Position numbers and translations under genes: made by a program
Assembly: GCA_965263175.1 (NCBI GenBank)
Contig: OZ253587.1
Coordinates: forward strand, 2,889,032 to 2,953,031
Direction of reading: 5' to 3'
DNA from: Chloroflexota bacterium
GTDB taxonomy: Bacteria; Chloroflexota; UBA11872
DNA: 64,000 bases
Notes under the pieces: model-generated
Database searches by the model: none
The model's input: the letters and a program-made list of their open reading frames with translations, nothing else
Told to the model about the DNA's origin: nothing
Shown: one piece after another, positions 47,577 to 57,953 of the stretch
How positions within the stretch are numbered: position 1 is the first letter of the stretch
Layout: each line of letters begins with the position of its first letter

Positions 47577-50525
47577 GTGGGACGCGCGACTGCTGTCTGC
47601 TGGCAAACTTACCGAACATCTGCCGTACACTACGTGACCGTGCCAAGCCGATCGTCCACGTCTTCCGCGGGCCGCACGCATGAGAGCGTGATCAACGCAG
47701 CCTTGGCGGATCTATTCCAAGAGCGCGCCGGTCTGCGAGCCGAGGCGGAAGTCACACAGGCGGGCGGCGCGCGGCCCGACGTCGTGGTCCTCGTCGACAA
47801 CGGGCCGGTGATCGTGGAGACGGAGTACGCGCCCGCGCGCAGCGTGCACGCCGACGCGTTGGCCCGACTCGGAATGCGGATCGACGGCGAGACCGTGAGC
47901 GTCGCGTTCGCCGCATCCGTCCCTGTCAACCTGCGCGCAGCGCCCCAGGCCCATCTCGCCGACCGGCTGGCGCTGGCAACCCTGGAGTGGCGCGAGTGGC
48001 GGGCCGACGGAACCTCCGGCCCGCAGGTTCGCGGGACGATGGACGAGTTGGCACAGGCGGTGCGCAGCGCCGAAGCGCCCGTCGACGACCTGGACCAAGC
48101 GGTGGAGCTGTTGGAGCAGGGCGCGCAGCGAGCAGGCGCGCGGCTCTTTCGCGCGCCTGCAACGCTACAGCACGTAGCTGATGTTTTTCGGACTGCGCCT
48201 GGCGACGAGGTTGCCAACATGGGCGCCCTGGTCATCATCAACGCCATGATGTTCCACGAGCGTCTGACCGAGTCCATGCCGGGCATCCTTCCGGTCGGAA
48301 GCCTTCGTTACGGTCGTCGCCTCGTGAAGACGCGCCTGCTCGAGGAGTGGGACAAGATTCTGGCGATTGACTATTACCCCATTTTCCGCATGGCGCGAGA
48401 TGTGGCTGACCAGCTTCCACTTGGCGTGGCGCCGGATGTTCTGGACCGCTGCTTCTGGACCGCCGAGCGTCTGCTGGGGATGGCCGCCACGCGTCGCCAC
48501 GACCTGGCCGGCCGCATATTCAACCGGCTGATCGCCGACCGGAAGTTCCTGGCCGCCTTCTATACGAAAATCCCGACCGCCACGCTGGTGGCAGGGCTGG
48601 CGCTGGAGCCCTCGCGGTGGCCGGACGTGGATTGGAGCAATCCGGATTCCGTGCGGCGTCTTACCGTGATAGATCCCGCGTGCGGTACCGGAACGCTGCT
48701 GATGGCCTGCTATCAGCAACTGGCGGACAACGCGCGACGGGCGGGGATGGCCGACGGCGAAACCAGCGCCCGGACAGAAGCGCAGCTTCACCGCCTCCTG
48801 ATCGAAGACGTGATACAGGGCACGGACGTCGTCCAGGCAGCTATCCACCTGACGGCGGCCACGCTTGCCGCCGCTTCGCCGTCAATAGCGTTCCGACGCA
48901 TGAACCTGCATACGCTGCCGCTAGGCGCCGACAGGGTAAACGGAGCGCGGTTGGGGTCACTTGACTGGTTGACACACGAGCGACTGGGCTCCCTGTTCTC
49001 GGGGGCAGCAGAGCAGGTGAGCGGACAAAGCGAGGACACGGACAACGAGGCGCCTATTGCGCAGCGGCCGTGCGCCGACCTGGTGATCATGAACCCGCCC
49101 TATACGCGTCACGAAGGCCCTGGCGACGGCTCCGACACGTTTTCGACAGTGTTCGGCCTTTTCCGCGATCAGGACGTCGAGCGGCAGATGTCCCGAGCGC
49201 TCGTGCGCGCCCTAAGGGGGACACCCGCCAACCAGCGAGTTGGCTTGGCGTCCGCCTTTGTGGTGCTGGCGGATCGGCTGGTGCGTGAAGGCGGGCGCAT
49301 CGCCTTTGTACTGCCGGTCTCGGCGGTCGCCGGGGCCGCCTGGGCGGGGGTGCGTGAACTGTGGGCCGAACGCTACGACGTTGAGCACGTCCTTACGGTG
49401 CACGATCCAGAGCATCGCTCCCTGTCCGAGGACACGGGAATTGCCGAGGTGCTGCTGGTCGCGCGGCGGCTGAGGACCGACGAGTCCCCGACAGGCCGGG
49501 TGACGTGCGTCAATATGCAGCAGGCCCCGGCTCAGGTGACCGACGCACTTGCCGTGTTGAACGCGGTGCGGGCCGTACCCGCCGTGCAGCGCGTGGACGG
49601 ACCGCCGATCGGCGGCAGCCCGCTGATGGTCGGGGGCGAGCAATGGGGCGAAATGGTGGACTCGCCCATCGGCGCCTCGCCGCTGCCCGGCGCACGTTGG
49701 CGCTCGGCCGAAGTCGGCCAGCGCGCACTGGCGCTTGTAGACGGAGTGATTTGGTCGGCGGATGGCACGCGCGCTATCGCTTCGATCCCAATTGCGCCGG
49801 TCGAGAGCATCGCGACCGTCAGCCCGCATCACGGACAGATTCGCAAGGACTCGATTGGCGTCTTCGACGCCTACCATGGCTATGACGGATTGTCGCAGTA
49901 TCCAGCCCTCTGGCGGCATCGCCAGGCGATGCACCGATCCTCCCTGACCGATCCGAACGCGAGGCTCGTTCCCAAGCTTGGGCGCGACCACGCCCGGATC
50001 TGGGCAGCAGCCGGCCATCTGCATCTCAGCCCAGATGTCCGATACGACTCGCAACGGATAGCCGCGTCACGCACGCACGTGCGAACGCTGGGCGTACGCG
50101 CCTGGCACACGCTCAGGCTCAACGACAGCGAGCACGAGCAGCGCGAGGCCATGGAGTCCGCACTGGCGCTCTGGTGCAACTCGACCTTTGGGCTGCTCTG
50201 CCACTCGAGCCGAGCCAACCCGTCGCAGTTGGGACGCGGACAAGGCAGTCGAACCCTGTTACGGGAACTTCCGACCCTGAACGTACTGGAACTCGCCTCT
50301 TGGCAGCTGGCCGCCGTAGAGAGCGCCTGGCGCACGATGGCGCACGTTGAGTTCCAGTCGTTTCATCGCTGCGCTGTTGATCCGGCGCGCATCGAACTGG
50401 ACCGCGTGCTCGTACAGGACATCCTCGGCCTAGGCAGCGAAGGCGAAGAAACGGCCGCGCGACTTCGCCGCATCCTGGCCGCGGAGCCGTCCATTCACGG
50501 ATCGAAAGCGCCAGCGCTCGGCTGA
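47577..50525 (+). CDS. MmeI-family (Type IIG/IIL-like) N6-adenine DNA methyltransferase fusion protein. The N-terminal HsdR_N-like domain has a degenerate nuclease motif. True start uncertain (possibly GTG near 47682).
   Basis: Motif I VIDPACGTGTLL and motif IV MNPPYT. The N-terminal RPDVVVLVDNGPVIVETEY resembles D...ExK but has ETE. The long C-terminal region (~450 aa) is a presumed target-recognition domain. Confidence 0.7.
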   Translation: MGRATAVCWQTYRTSAVHYVTVPSRSSTSSAGRTHESVINAALADLFQERAGLRAEAEVTQAGGARPDVVVLVDNGPVIVETEYAPARSVHADALARLGMRIDGETVSVAFAASVPVNLRAAPQAHLADRLALATLEWREWRADGTSGPQVRGTMDELAQAVRSAEAPVDDLDQAVELLEQGAQRAGARLFRAPATLQHVADVFRTAPGDEVANMGALVIINAMMFHERLTESMPGILPVGSLRYGRRLVKTRLLEEWDKILAIDYYPIFRMARDVADQLPLGVAPDVLDRCFWTAERLLGMAATRRHDLAGRIFNRLIADRKFLAAFYTKIPTATLVAGLALEPSRWPDVDWSNPDSVRRLTVIDPACGTGTLLMACYQQLADNARRAGMADGETSARTEAQLHRLLIEDVIQGTDVVQAAIHLTAATLAAASPSIAFRRMNLHTLPLGADRVNGARLGSLDWLTHERLGSLFSGAAEQVSGQSEDTDNEAPIAQRPCADLVIMNPPYTRHEGPGDGSDTFSTVFGLFRDQDVERQMSRALVRALRGTPANQRVGLASAFVVLADRLVREGGRIAFVLPVSAVAGAAWAGVRELWAERYDVEHVLTVHDPEHRSLSEDTGIAEVLLVARRLRTDESPTGRVTCVNMQQAPAQVTDALAVLNAVRAVPAVQRVDGPPIGGSPLMVGGEQWGEMVDSPIGASPLPGARWRSAEVGQRALALVDGVIWSADGTRAIASIPIAPVESIATVSPHHGQIRKDSIGVFDAYHGYDGLSQYPALWRHRQAMHRSSLTDPNARLVPKLGRDHARIWAAAGHLHLSPDVRYDSQRIAASRTHVRTLGVRAWHTLRLNDSEHEQREAMESALALWCNSTFGLLCHSSRANPSQLGRGQGSRTLLRELPTLNVLELASWQLAAVESAWRTMAHVEFQSFHRCAVDPARIELDRVLVQDILGLGSEGEETAARLRRILAAEPSIHGSKAPALG

Positions 50526-50540
50526 CTACGGCAGACCAGG

Positions 50541-50921
50541 CTAGGCCGAATCTCGGGCGATCAGCAGGGTATCGATGGTGGTGTCGAGGGCGGTGGCGAC
50601 TTTGGCGAGGGTGGCGGCGGCGCCGGGTTTGCGGCGGCGTTCGATTTCGGAGAGGTAGCTGGGGGAGATTCCGGTTCGCCGGGAAAGCTCGCGCAGGGTG
50701 AGGCCGCGGTGGGTGCGGTAGGCGATAAGCGGCGACTCGCCGCGCATGATGGCTAGCGCGACGGGGTGTGGAATGCGGCTGCCATCGTCTGCCTCGAGAG
50801 CCGCCACCCGGTCCTCCAGATCCTCGATATGAGCGAGCAATCCGTGATAGGCCGTCTGCGTCAGTTGGACGGTTGCCTCACCAGCCATATGCCTCTCTCC
50901 GATGGCGAACGGGCAGGACAA
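50541..50921 (-). CDS. XRE-family helix-turn-helix transcriptional regulator; candidate controller or antitoxin-like protein
   Basis: C-terminal HTH (LTLRELSRRTGISPSYLSEIERRRKPGAAATLAKVATAL). Confidence 0.75.
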   Translation of the reverse strand: MSCPFAIGERHMAGEATVQLTQTAYHGLLAHIEDLEDRVAALEADDGSRIPHPVALAIMRGESPLIAYRTHRGLTLRELSRRTGISPSYLSEIERRRKPGAAATLAKVATALDTTIDTLLIARDSA

Positions 50922-51480
50922 TCATATTGTGGTCTCTTCATGGTCGATTCGGAGAGTCGACCCATCGTCCCTCGCTCCCGGCGTACTGGCGGCATGGTGG
51001 ACGTCAAATGAGCACTGGCGCACCGTCTAGTCTTCTAAATTTGGCACCCTAGCACGGCGTGGTAAACTCACTATGCACAACGCCTGTCAGACTCAACCAG
51101 CAGCCGTTCAAAGGCCTCGCCTGGGCGCACCGACCGTTTCCGGCTCCGTGCAGCCAAGCGAATCCTCGCAACTCCACCACCTCAGAAACCCTGAAAGGGC
51201 TCGGTGAGAGACCCGAACCGCGGATCTGGTGTATCTTCGGTCAAAGCGCCCATGCGCGGGAAGGTGCCGAAATGAATCGAAAATCACGCTTCGAGGCTAT
51301 GCCCAGGAGACAAGTCTCAGTTGAGATCGTCCCATTTGGGACGTCGGCAATCGTGACTGAGGTCCAATTGCCCTCACCAAAGACCGCTGAACGAGCCATT
51401 GCTCCTCCCACGCCGCGCTTTGTCGACGGTGGCACGGTTCTCACTCACTTCGTATCGTCGCCAGCACCGTCAGTCAAGCT

Positions 51481-52710
51481 CTAGCCCGCCCAGTTCGTGA
51501 TCTCTCGCCACGCGGCCCGCTGCATTCGGCCAGAGAATCCGACGATCTGAGTCTGACGCTCGAGTTCTATCTGCACAGCACGTTCCGCCTGCATCTGAGC
51601 CTGTTGGACGACCTCTTGAAGCACCGCCTGCATGTCCGGTGGTATTTCATCCTGCTTAAACTCAGCCGGCAGCTGCAGTTGAATATTCATATTGAGGTTT
51701 AGTTGTGGCAGCGGGCTTCTTTGATTGCGTCCCTTAAACTCCGCAGTGTAGTGATGGGCGAGGGCTAGCGATTCTATACAGGCCAGAGTTAATGACTCTA
51801 GGTGTTCTTCTTGACCTGCTGGCACAAATGTAGGTGGATCGAGTGGCTCCATCAGGCGGAATATAGTTTCGTATTCCTCGAATAGATTCCATATAAGATC
51901 TTCCGTCTTCTTCTCCGGACTGATTACATTCAACCCTATTCCCCGTGCCTCTCGCCTCCCAATCGCGTGCCCATGCTCAAACGTCTTTTCTGCAAGCGTG
52001 TCGACAATGACATCAATCGATGGACCGTCGATTTCAAACTTAACGCTGTGCGCTTCAAGGAGCTTCCTTGCAACCGAACGAATGTGGGAATGCGCCCGAT
52101 AAATCTTACCTAGAACTTGCGGTGATAGCTTCTCCGTAAGTGCAGTCGCTTGTGTTCCCAAGGCATTCTGATCGGACAACCCTACTTCATCCTTTAGAAA
52201 TCGCACATAGGCCATTATGTCCTCGACCGAAATCTCTTGTTGGCTCGATTCACCATCGGGCCCCGTCTGAATCTGCATGAGCTGCGGGTCAATTGGCCCG
52301 AGTTCGCCTTTCGGGCACATGACAATTTCGTCGGCTCCTAGGGCAATCATAGTGGCCGCACTCATAGCACGGTACGGAACTAGCACTGCGAATTCCTCGG
52401 CATACTCGCGTACTAGCGAGACAATTCTCCAAGGCGTGTCGGTAGATCCGCCTTGCGAATAAATAAGAAGATCTACCTTTTCGACTTTACCAATAGACCT
52501 AAAGTGGTCGTACAGTGGCCTGACGGCATCGTCACCAATCTGCCCACTAGCGTTGCCTCGGTCGCTTGTCGTGTACGCGACTACTTTGCTACCCCGAGCC
52601 TCTTCCAACTCTCGGATCAGCCTGCGTCGCCGCTCTTTGTCTCCACCTGCACATTCGTCGTTCACCAGACATCCCGTCTTTGCTGTTGAAGGTCCAGTCC
52701 GCCTGTACAC
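51481..52710 (-). CDS. ClpP/S49-fold serine peptidase of the SDH (serine dehydrogenase proteinase) type, with a C-terminal extension; low-GC gene
   Basis: DLLIYSQGGSTDTPWRIV ... YRAMSAATMIALGADEIVMCPKGELGPIDPQ, with the catalytic Ser in AMSAAT. About 50% GC. Confidence 0.65.
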   Translation of the reverse strand: MYRRTGPSTAKTGCLVNDECAGGDKERRRRLIRELEEARGSKVVAYTTSDRGNASGQIGDDAVRPLYDHFRSIGKVEKVDLLIYSQGGSTDTPWRIVSLVREYAEEFAVLVPYRAMSAATMIALGADEIVMCPKGELGPIDPQLMQIQTGPDGESSQQEISVEDIMAYVRFLKDEVGLSDQNALGTQATALTEKLSPQVLGKIYRAHSHIRSVARKLLEAHSVKFEIDGPSIDVIVDTLAEKTFEHGHAIGRREARGIGLNVISPEKKTEDLIWNLFEEYETIFRLMEPLDPPTFVPAGQEEHLESLTLACIESLALAHHYTAEFKGRNQRSPLPQLNLNMNIQLQLPAEFKQDEIPPDMQAVLQEVVQQAQMQAERAVQIELERQTQIVGFSGRMQRAAWREITNWAG

Positions 52711-53226
52711 GCACGCAAGGAACTCTCGCCATGCGAGCGCGGAAGCTACATTGTAAGAGATCCGACCGAGGCTTGCTACAACATGTTGTGGTGCGCGCGG
52801 CTCGTGCTACAGGATGTAGTGGTAGTTGCCAAACGCGGCGATGTGCCGCCTTTCCTACGCTGGTCTCACTCCTGATAGGCGATCCGTCTGTCCAGTCAGG
52901 CGAAGGCGACCGGGTGCCTAGGCAGACTGGCCGTATCACTTCAGTCGAGGCTCTTCTCGACTGAGCGAGATACTGTTGCCTTTCGCGCGACCCTACGCCT
53001 GCGACGTCAGCTACAGCCAGCAATTGGACGCTCTGGCTGATTGGACACTTCTCCAGATTCGCGCTGATTCGGTAGGCTTACCGGGCGGCCGGACGGCGTT
53101 GGGGATAGACGCGCGCCGGCCTCTAAGCGGAACACGGAGCGGCGGCCGCATGGGTGCGGCGCGAGGGACGGCACGAGGGCCGTCAGGGAAGCCGCCACCC
53201 CAGGCCAGACGAGGAGCAACCCAGGG

Positions 53227-55785
53227 ATGACAAGCCAAAACGGTAGCGCCGTGGCAACGCTGCGCCGCGCCGCGGCCCAGCAGGTAGCCACCGAGCACAG
53301 CGTCACGATTCCCGACTACGACCGGGAGCGGCTGGAAGACGTTGGGTTCATCACCGCCATGACCCTGGTGCTGCTGGGCAACTACGCCCAGACGGGGCAC
53401 TTTGGCGGGCCGCTGGCCTACACGCCGTACAACGTGGCGCTGCACCTGGGCGGCCCGGAAAACGGGGGCCTGCGATACGACTACCGGCGGCCCAAGCACC
53501 CGTTCTGCGACCGCTTCATGCTGGCGGGCGGCCACAACATTCCGACGGCGTACGCGCTGTGGATGATCATGGGCGAAGCCATGGCCCGGAAGCACGCGGC
53601 AACCGGCGACGAGCAGTACGCCGTGGATCCGAGCATCGGCATGTTGGCCATCGACGCCCTGGGGTTCCGACGCGGGCGCGAGGCGCTGGCGACGCTGTTG
53701 GAGGACAACGGGTTGGCCGACCACCCGCTGTTCGCGCAGTCGAAGATTCGCGGCATCCGCGCGCTGGCGGGCCACGCGGAAACGACGGACCTGACGAACG
53801 ACGTGAACGGCGGCCCGTCGGGTATCGGGGTTGCCACGGCGGCCGGCAAGGCGGCGTTCTGGGACTTTGTGGGCGCGGACGACTCGCTGAAGGTGATCGC
53901 GCTGGAAGGCGAGTTCGCGATGACCGAGGGTCACGCGCAGGAACTGAAGACCCAGGCGCTGGCGCAGAAGGTGGGCAAGCGGCTGCGCATCCTGCTGTCG
54001 TACAACAACGCCGGGATCGACGACTCGCTGGTGGGCGGCGTGATCGGGGAGGACGTGGCCGAGGGCTACGTGATAGAGGACCAGTGGACCTCCTATGGAT
54101 GGAACGTGCTCTCGCTGGACGACGGCAACGACTACGACCAGGTGATGGCCGCGCTGAAGATGATGGAGGATTGGGACCCGAACGACCGACGGCCGCTGAT
54201 CGTGGTTGGCAACACGACCAAGGGCTGGTGGCCGAGCGCCAAGGACGGCCAGATCGCCGGGTTCGGCGAGCAGCTGGTGGGGTATCACAGTCATCCCTAC
54301 GAGATGAAGATGAACGAGCCGTACTTCGTGGCGCTGGCGGAGAGCTTCGAACAGCGTTTCGGGGTGGAGTTCGACGGCATCCGCGAGGGTCCGGTAGCCG
54401 ACGAGCGCGAACGCCTGATCCAGTTCAAGACCAACATCGACGTGGCGATGTCGGTGTTGAACCAGAATGGCCTGGGCGACTGGCTGGCGAACCGGCTGGT
54501 GGAGATCGGCGATTCGCTGAATGACGAGTTGCCGCTGCGGATCGACACGAGGTCCAATCCGTTCCAGGACGAGCGATTGCGCCCACAGAACATTCCGCTG
54601 GAGCCGATGTCCGTTGACGTTACAAACGAGGCCAGTGGCGAAACCAAGTCGGTGGACATTGCGCTGGCGAAGAAGCCGGGCGAAGTGGCCGGGACGCGGC
54701 GCGCGATTTCCGAGTTGATCAAGTGGGTCAACTACGTCACCGATAACCGCTTCATCACGCTGGCGGCCGATCTATCCAGTTCGATCAACGTGGAGAGCGG
54801 CGCGCTGTGGGGTCACTACGACCCGGCGAGCAATCCGTTGGGCACGCGCATCAAGGCGCCGATCGAGGAAGCCGGAAACGCCTCGTCGGCCATCGGCTTC
54901 GTGAGCCAGTCAGCCTCGATGGACCCCGACACGCACGCTGGCGTCTGGGCGCTGAGCGGCACGTACGGCGCGTTCACACCGCTGATGTACCTGCCGGCGC
55001 GCGTCTGGAGTCAGCAGAACCAGGACAGCCCGTTCCGAGTGGGCGTGCTGCACATTCTGGCTGGACACTCGGGGCCGGAGACGGCAGCGGACGCGCGGAC
55101 GCACTTCGGCATCTTCGCGCCGCAGGTATGGAAGTTGTTCCCGCGCGGTCAGGCGATCAACCTGAGTTTCTGGGATTACAACGACGTGGCGCCGGGCTAC
55201 TTCGCGGCGGCGGAAATCGCGGCGCGCGACCCGAAGGTGGGCGTGATCACGATCGAGGTTGCGCGGCCGGACTTCCCGGTGGCCGACCGGAACACGTTTG
55301 CCGACTCGGACCCGCTGGCCGCGCGCAAGGGTTTGTACCTGATCCGCGACTGGGATCCGGGCCAGCCGGCGCAGGGCACGGTGTTCGTGCAGGGGTCCAA
55401 CTCGACGGTGAACCTGGTGAACGTGCTGCCGCGGCTGGAAGCGGCCGGGGTGAATGTGCGGGTGGTGGCCGTGGTGAGCGAGGATCTGTTCGCGCGCCAG
55501 CCGGCGGCCTACCACGAGCACATCGTGCCGGCTTCCGCGCGCTACGACGCAATGGTGGTCTCCACGGGCACGCGGCGTTTCCCGCCGGTGAGCGGCCTTG
55601 GTCCGCTGACCGACGAGTACTCGCTGTGGTCGGACTGGGACGATCAGTGGCTGACCGGCGGAACGGAGCCGGACGTAATCGCGGAGGCGCACCTGGACGC
55701 GGAGTCTATTTTTGCCGGCATCAAGCGGTTTGCCGAGGCGCATGACTCGCGGATGGCGCGGCAGCGGGAGGCGGTTGGGCTGTAG
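53227..55785 (+). CDS. Transketolase-family thiamine-diphosphate enzyme (fused N- and C-terminal TK-like domains, 852 aa)
   Basis: TPP-binding signature (TGHFGGPLAY ... GEFAMTEGHAQE). Domain order matches transketolase-like proteins. Exact substrate unknown. Confidence 0.65.
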   Translation: MTSQNGSAVATLRRAAAQQVATEHSVTIPDYDRERLEDVGFITAMTLVLLGNYAQTGHFGGPLAYTPYNVALHLGGPENGGLRYDYRRPKHPFCDRFMLAGGHNIPTAYALWMIMGEAMARKHAATGDEQYAVDPSIGMLAIDALGFRRGREALATLLEDNGLADHPLFAQSKIRGIRALAGHAETTDLTNDVNGGPSGIGVATAAGKAAFWDFVGADDSLKVIALEGEFAMTEGHAQELKTQALAQKVGKRLRILLSYNNAGIDDSLVGGVIGEDVAEGYVIEDQWTSYGWNVLSLDDGNDYDQVMAALKMMEDWDPNDRRPLIVVGNTTKGWWPSAKDGQIAGFGEQLVGYHSHPYEMKMNEPYFVALAESFEQRFGVEFDGIREGPVADERERLIQFKTNIDVAMSVLNQNGLGDWLANRLVEIGDSLNDELPLRIDTRSNPFQDERLRPQNIPLEPMSVDVTNEASGETKSVDIALAKKPGEVAGTRRAISELIKWVNYVTDNRFITLAADLSSSINVESGALWGHYDPASNPLGTRIKAPIEEAGNASSAIGFVSQSASMDPDTHAGVWALSGTYGAFTPLMYLPARVWSQQNQDSPFRVGVLHILAGHSGPETAADARTHFGIFAPQVWKLFPRGQAINLSFWDYNDVAPGYFAAAEIAARDPKVGVITIEVARPDFPVADRNTFADSDPLAARKGLYLIRDWDPGQPAQGTVFVQGSNSTVNLVNVLPRLEAAGVNVRVVAVVSEDLFARQPAAYHEHIVPASARYDAMVVSTGTRRFPPVSGLGPLTDEYSLWSDWDDQWLTGGTEPDVIAEAHLDAESIFAGIKRFAEAHDSRMARQREAVGL

Positions 55786-55799
55786 TCCAGTCTGAGTTG

Positions 55800-56160
55800 A
55801 GGGCGGCGATTACCGCTCGCTCCAACCCTCTCTCCTAGTGGAGGGGAACGATGCGGCGTTGCTGGCGCGTGAGACCTCGACCGGAAGACCCCTCACCCCA
55901 ACCCTCTCCCACAGGGAGAGGGAGAAAGAGGGGCGTCGCCCTGAGGCGTTGCACACCGCCCGCGGTTGCCCTCCCCTGAGACCTTTGCGTAATCCGAGGG
56001 ACTGTTGCCCGGAAGACCCCTCACCCCAACCCTCTCCCCGAGGAGAGGGAGCAAGAGCCGCCGCACCTTCGCGGACGAAGGGCGTTGTGCAAAGGTCTCC
56101 TAGTGGAGGGGAACGATGCGGCGTTGCTGGCGCGTTAAACCTCGACCGGAAGACCCCTTG
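55800..56160. repeat. Cluster of three MITE/REP-like units, flanked by a ~62-bp direct repeat (55830-55890 and 56098-56160)
   Basis: ctcctagtggaggggaacgatgcggcgttgctggcgcgt.a.acctcgaccggaagacccct occurs on both sides of the MITE units. Confidence 0.8.
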
Positions 56161-56367
56161 TATGTGCTGATGCTTGGGGAATTGCATACTTGACGCAACG
56201 ACTCGGAGGGCATAGCGTGGGCGGATGGAGAGCGAGACGCCGCTGTTTCTGCGAGCCACACAGGTGAGTCGGCCCACGTGGTGGTTCGGAGCGGGTGCGG
56301 TCGCTGGGCTTTTGTTGGAGTCGGTCATTGGGATCGACAATCGTGGAATGCTCGTTGCGGTTCTGGT

Positions 56368-56670
56368 CTAGCTCACCCGTTGCCGTAGTTGTGGCATTTC
56401 GACCGATGGGCGGGTCGAGGCCAACTCCTCAAGACGTGCGTCGATGTTGTCAAAGCGCACCTTGAGGAAGGTGATCAAATCCGTCATTTGCTGATCCTGC
56501 GCTCTCAGGTGCGCGTTGACATCGGTCGACAGTTCGACGAACTGCTGATCGACATCGGCAAACCGCCGGTCAATGCCCTCAAACCGACGGTCAACGTCAG
56601 CTCGGAAGTCACGAATCGCCTCAAGCACATCAGCGGTTGTCGGTTGCTCGTCCGTCATGGCTGCGCCCAC
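56368..56670 (-). CDS. Hypothetical coiled-coil protein (cargo of IS1595 copy 3)
   Basis: 100-aa ORF. Repeated xxRFxxxDxxF heptad-like pattern. No TM segment. Confidence 0.4.
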   Translation of the reverse strand: MGAAMTDEQPTTADVLEAIRDFRADVDRRFEGIDRRFADVDQQFVELSTDVNAHLRAQDQQMTDLITFLKVRFDNIDARLEELASTRPSVEMPQLRQRVS

Positions 56671-57086
56671 CGCGCCTCGCCGCCCTTGCGTCCAGCGGCG
56701 GCGTGGGGGGATTCCTCGACAGGCTCCGCGCCTTCCTCGCCGGTCATGTGGCGGACGAGGGACCGGGCCAGTTGGCTGAAGTCCTTCTGCCCAGCGTCAG
56801 TCATGGCGTACTCCCCCTTGCGGCGTATCACAGCGGTGTCTGTGTCACGGGCATAGTGCCACACCCTCGGACCCGTACTCAGAGTACTTCGACTGCCGCA
56901 GCGCAGTCCTGGCGCGGTGAGCGCTGCGTCGTAACACGCAACCCGGTAGGCTGCGGGCACCACACGGATCAGCACTGACCTCGCGGCCTCGGATAGGTCG
57001 CTGGGGGCGATCCGTGTGGTAACAGGTCAGTGATCCAGCGGCTTCATTCGGGGCCGCGTTCATGCTGGCCGGGAGAGTCACCATCC

Positions 57087-57953
57087 ATGCCCGCCATCCG
57101 CCGCGCCCTCGTCCTCGTGGTCGCCCTGCTCCTGCTCACGGTTGCCGTCGCGCAGGCCCAAGAGTCCACCCCGTGTATCGACGCCAACGACGCCTTTGAG
57201 CGCACCGCGGGGCGCGCCCGGAACGTCGGCATCTACCAGCGGGTGTACGGCGATATCCGCGTCGCTGAAGCCGTGTGCCAGCAGGAGCACCGGGGCCAGC
57301 GCCGCTTCACCTGGAAGAACGACGCCCCGCCTCCGCCGACTGCAGCATCCCAACCGCCGCTGTCCCCGCCATCGGCGCCCGCGCCAGCCAAACCACGGAT
57401 TGACGCTGGGTTGGTTGAAGCGTGGAACATGCTCGTCGCCCTAGACATTGCGAGCGTTCTTGGAGCGGCCCGGTTGACGCAGTGGGATTGGGATGTGATC
57501 AATCGCACCCGTATTACGTGGGGCGATCTTGATGGGGCCTACGGGGTCTATATCCGTGATTCGAACCGCATCATCATTGACCACGGGCAGTTTCAGTCCT
57601 CACCGCCGTGGATGTTGGCAGCACTGCTGGCGCACGAACTGTCGCACGCCTCAATCCCACGGTGGCAACTCAGCGGCAGCTACAACGACTGCCTGTGGAA
57701 CGAAGTGCTGGCGTTCGGGACCGAACTTGCCATCGGAGGCAAACTCGCGGAAACGTATGGGAAGCCTCCCGTCCCCATCGAAGGCTATTTCCGAGACCTC
57801 CTGACCATGACCCTGGTGTGGATGGCTCAAGCTCAGTACGCGATTCGCCATGACCTACGCAGCGATCTGTGGGACAAAGACCTCTCAGACCTGCCCGTGC
57901 TCATCTCCTATCTAGAGAACGAGCGCCGCTACGCTGAGCCCTGCTCGCGCTAA
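57087..57953 (+). CDS. Secreted protein with one copy of the ~55-aa two-Cys domain, a Pro-rich linker and a putative HExxH zinc-metallopeptidase-like domain (cargo of IS1595 copy 3)
   Basis: Signal peptide. TPCIDANDAFERTAGRARNVGIYQRVYG...CQQEHR. LAALLAHELSHASIP contains HELSH. Confidence 0.55.
   Translation: MPAIRRALVLVVALLLLTVAVAQAQESTPCIDANDAFERTAGRARNVGIYQRVYGDIRVAEAVCQQEHRGQRRFTWKNDAPPPPTAASQPPLSPPSAPAPAKPRIDAGLVEAWNMLVALDIASVLGAARLTQWDWDVINRTRITWGDLDGAYGVYIRDSNRIIIDHGQFQSSPPWMLAALLAHELSHASIPRWQLSGSYNDCLWNEVLAFGTELAIGGKLAETYGKPPVPIEGYFRDLLTMTLVWMAQAQYAIRHDLRSDLWDKDLSDLPVLISYLENERRYAEPCSR

Noticed and set aside
52890-53226. TPP-riboswitch-like fragments (gggtgcc, cgtatcac, ctgag.gagatac) upstream of the transketolase-family gene
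   Set aside because: The motif order does not match the THI-box architecture (P2-P3-CUGAGA-P2'-P4), and no P2' ACCC partner was found. Transketolase genes are not known TPP-riboswitch targets. The 8-bp hairpin at 52934-52955 is more simply a terminator-like stem.
53011-54294. 427-aa minus-strand ORF (also 41848..42960, 42284..43618, 47630..48286, 54910..55743)
   Set aside because: Each is antisense to a confidently assigned gene (transketolase-like, aconitase, MmeI-like MTase) with low-complexity composition.
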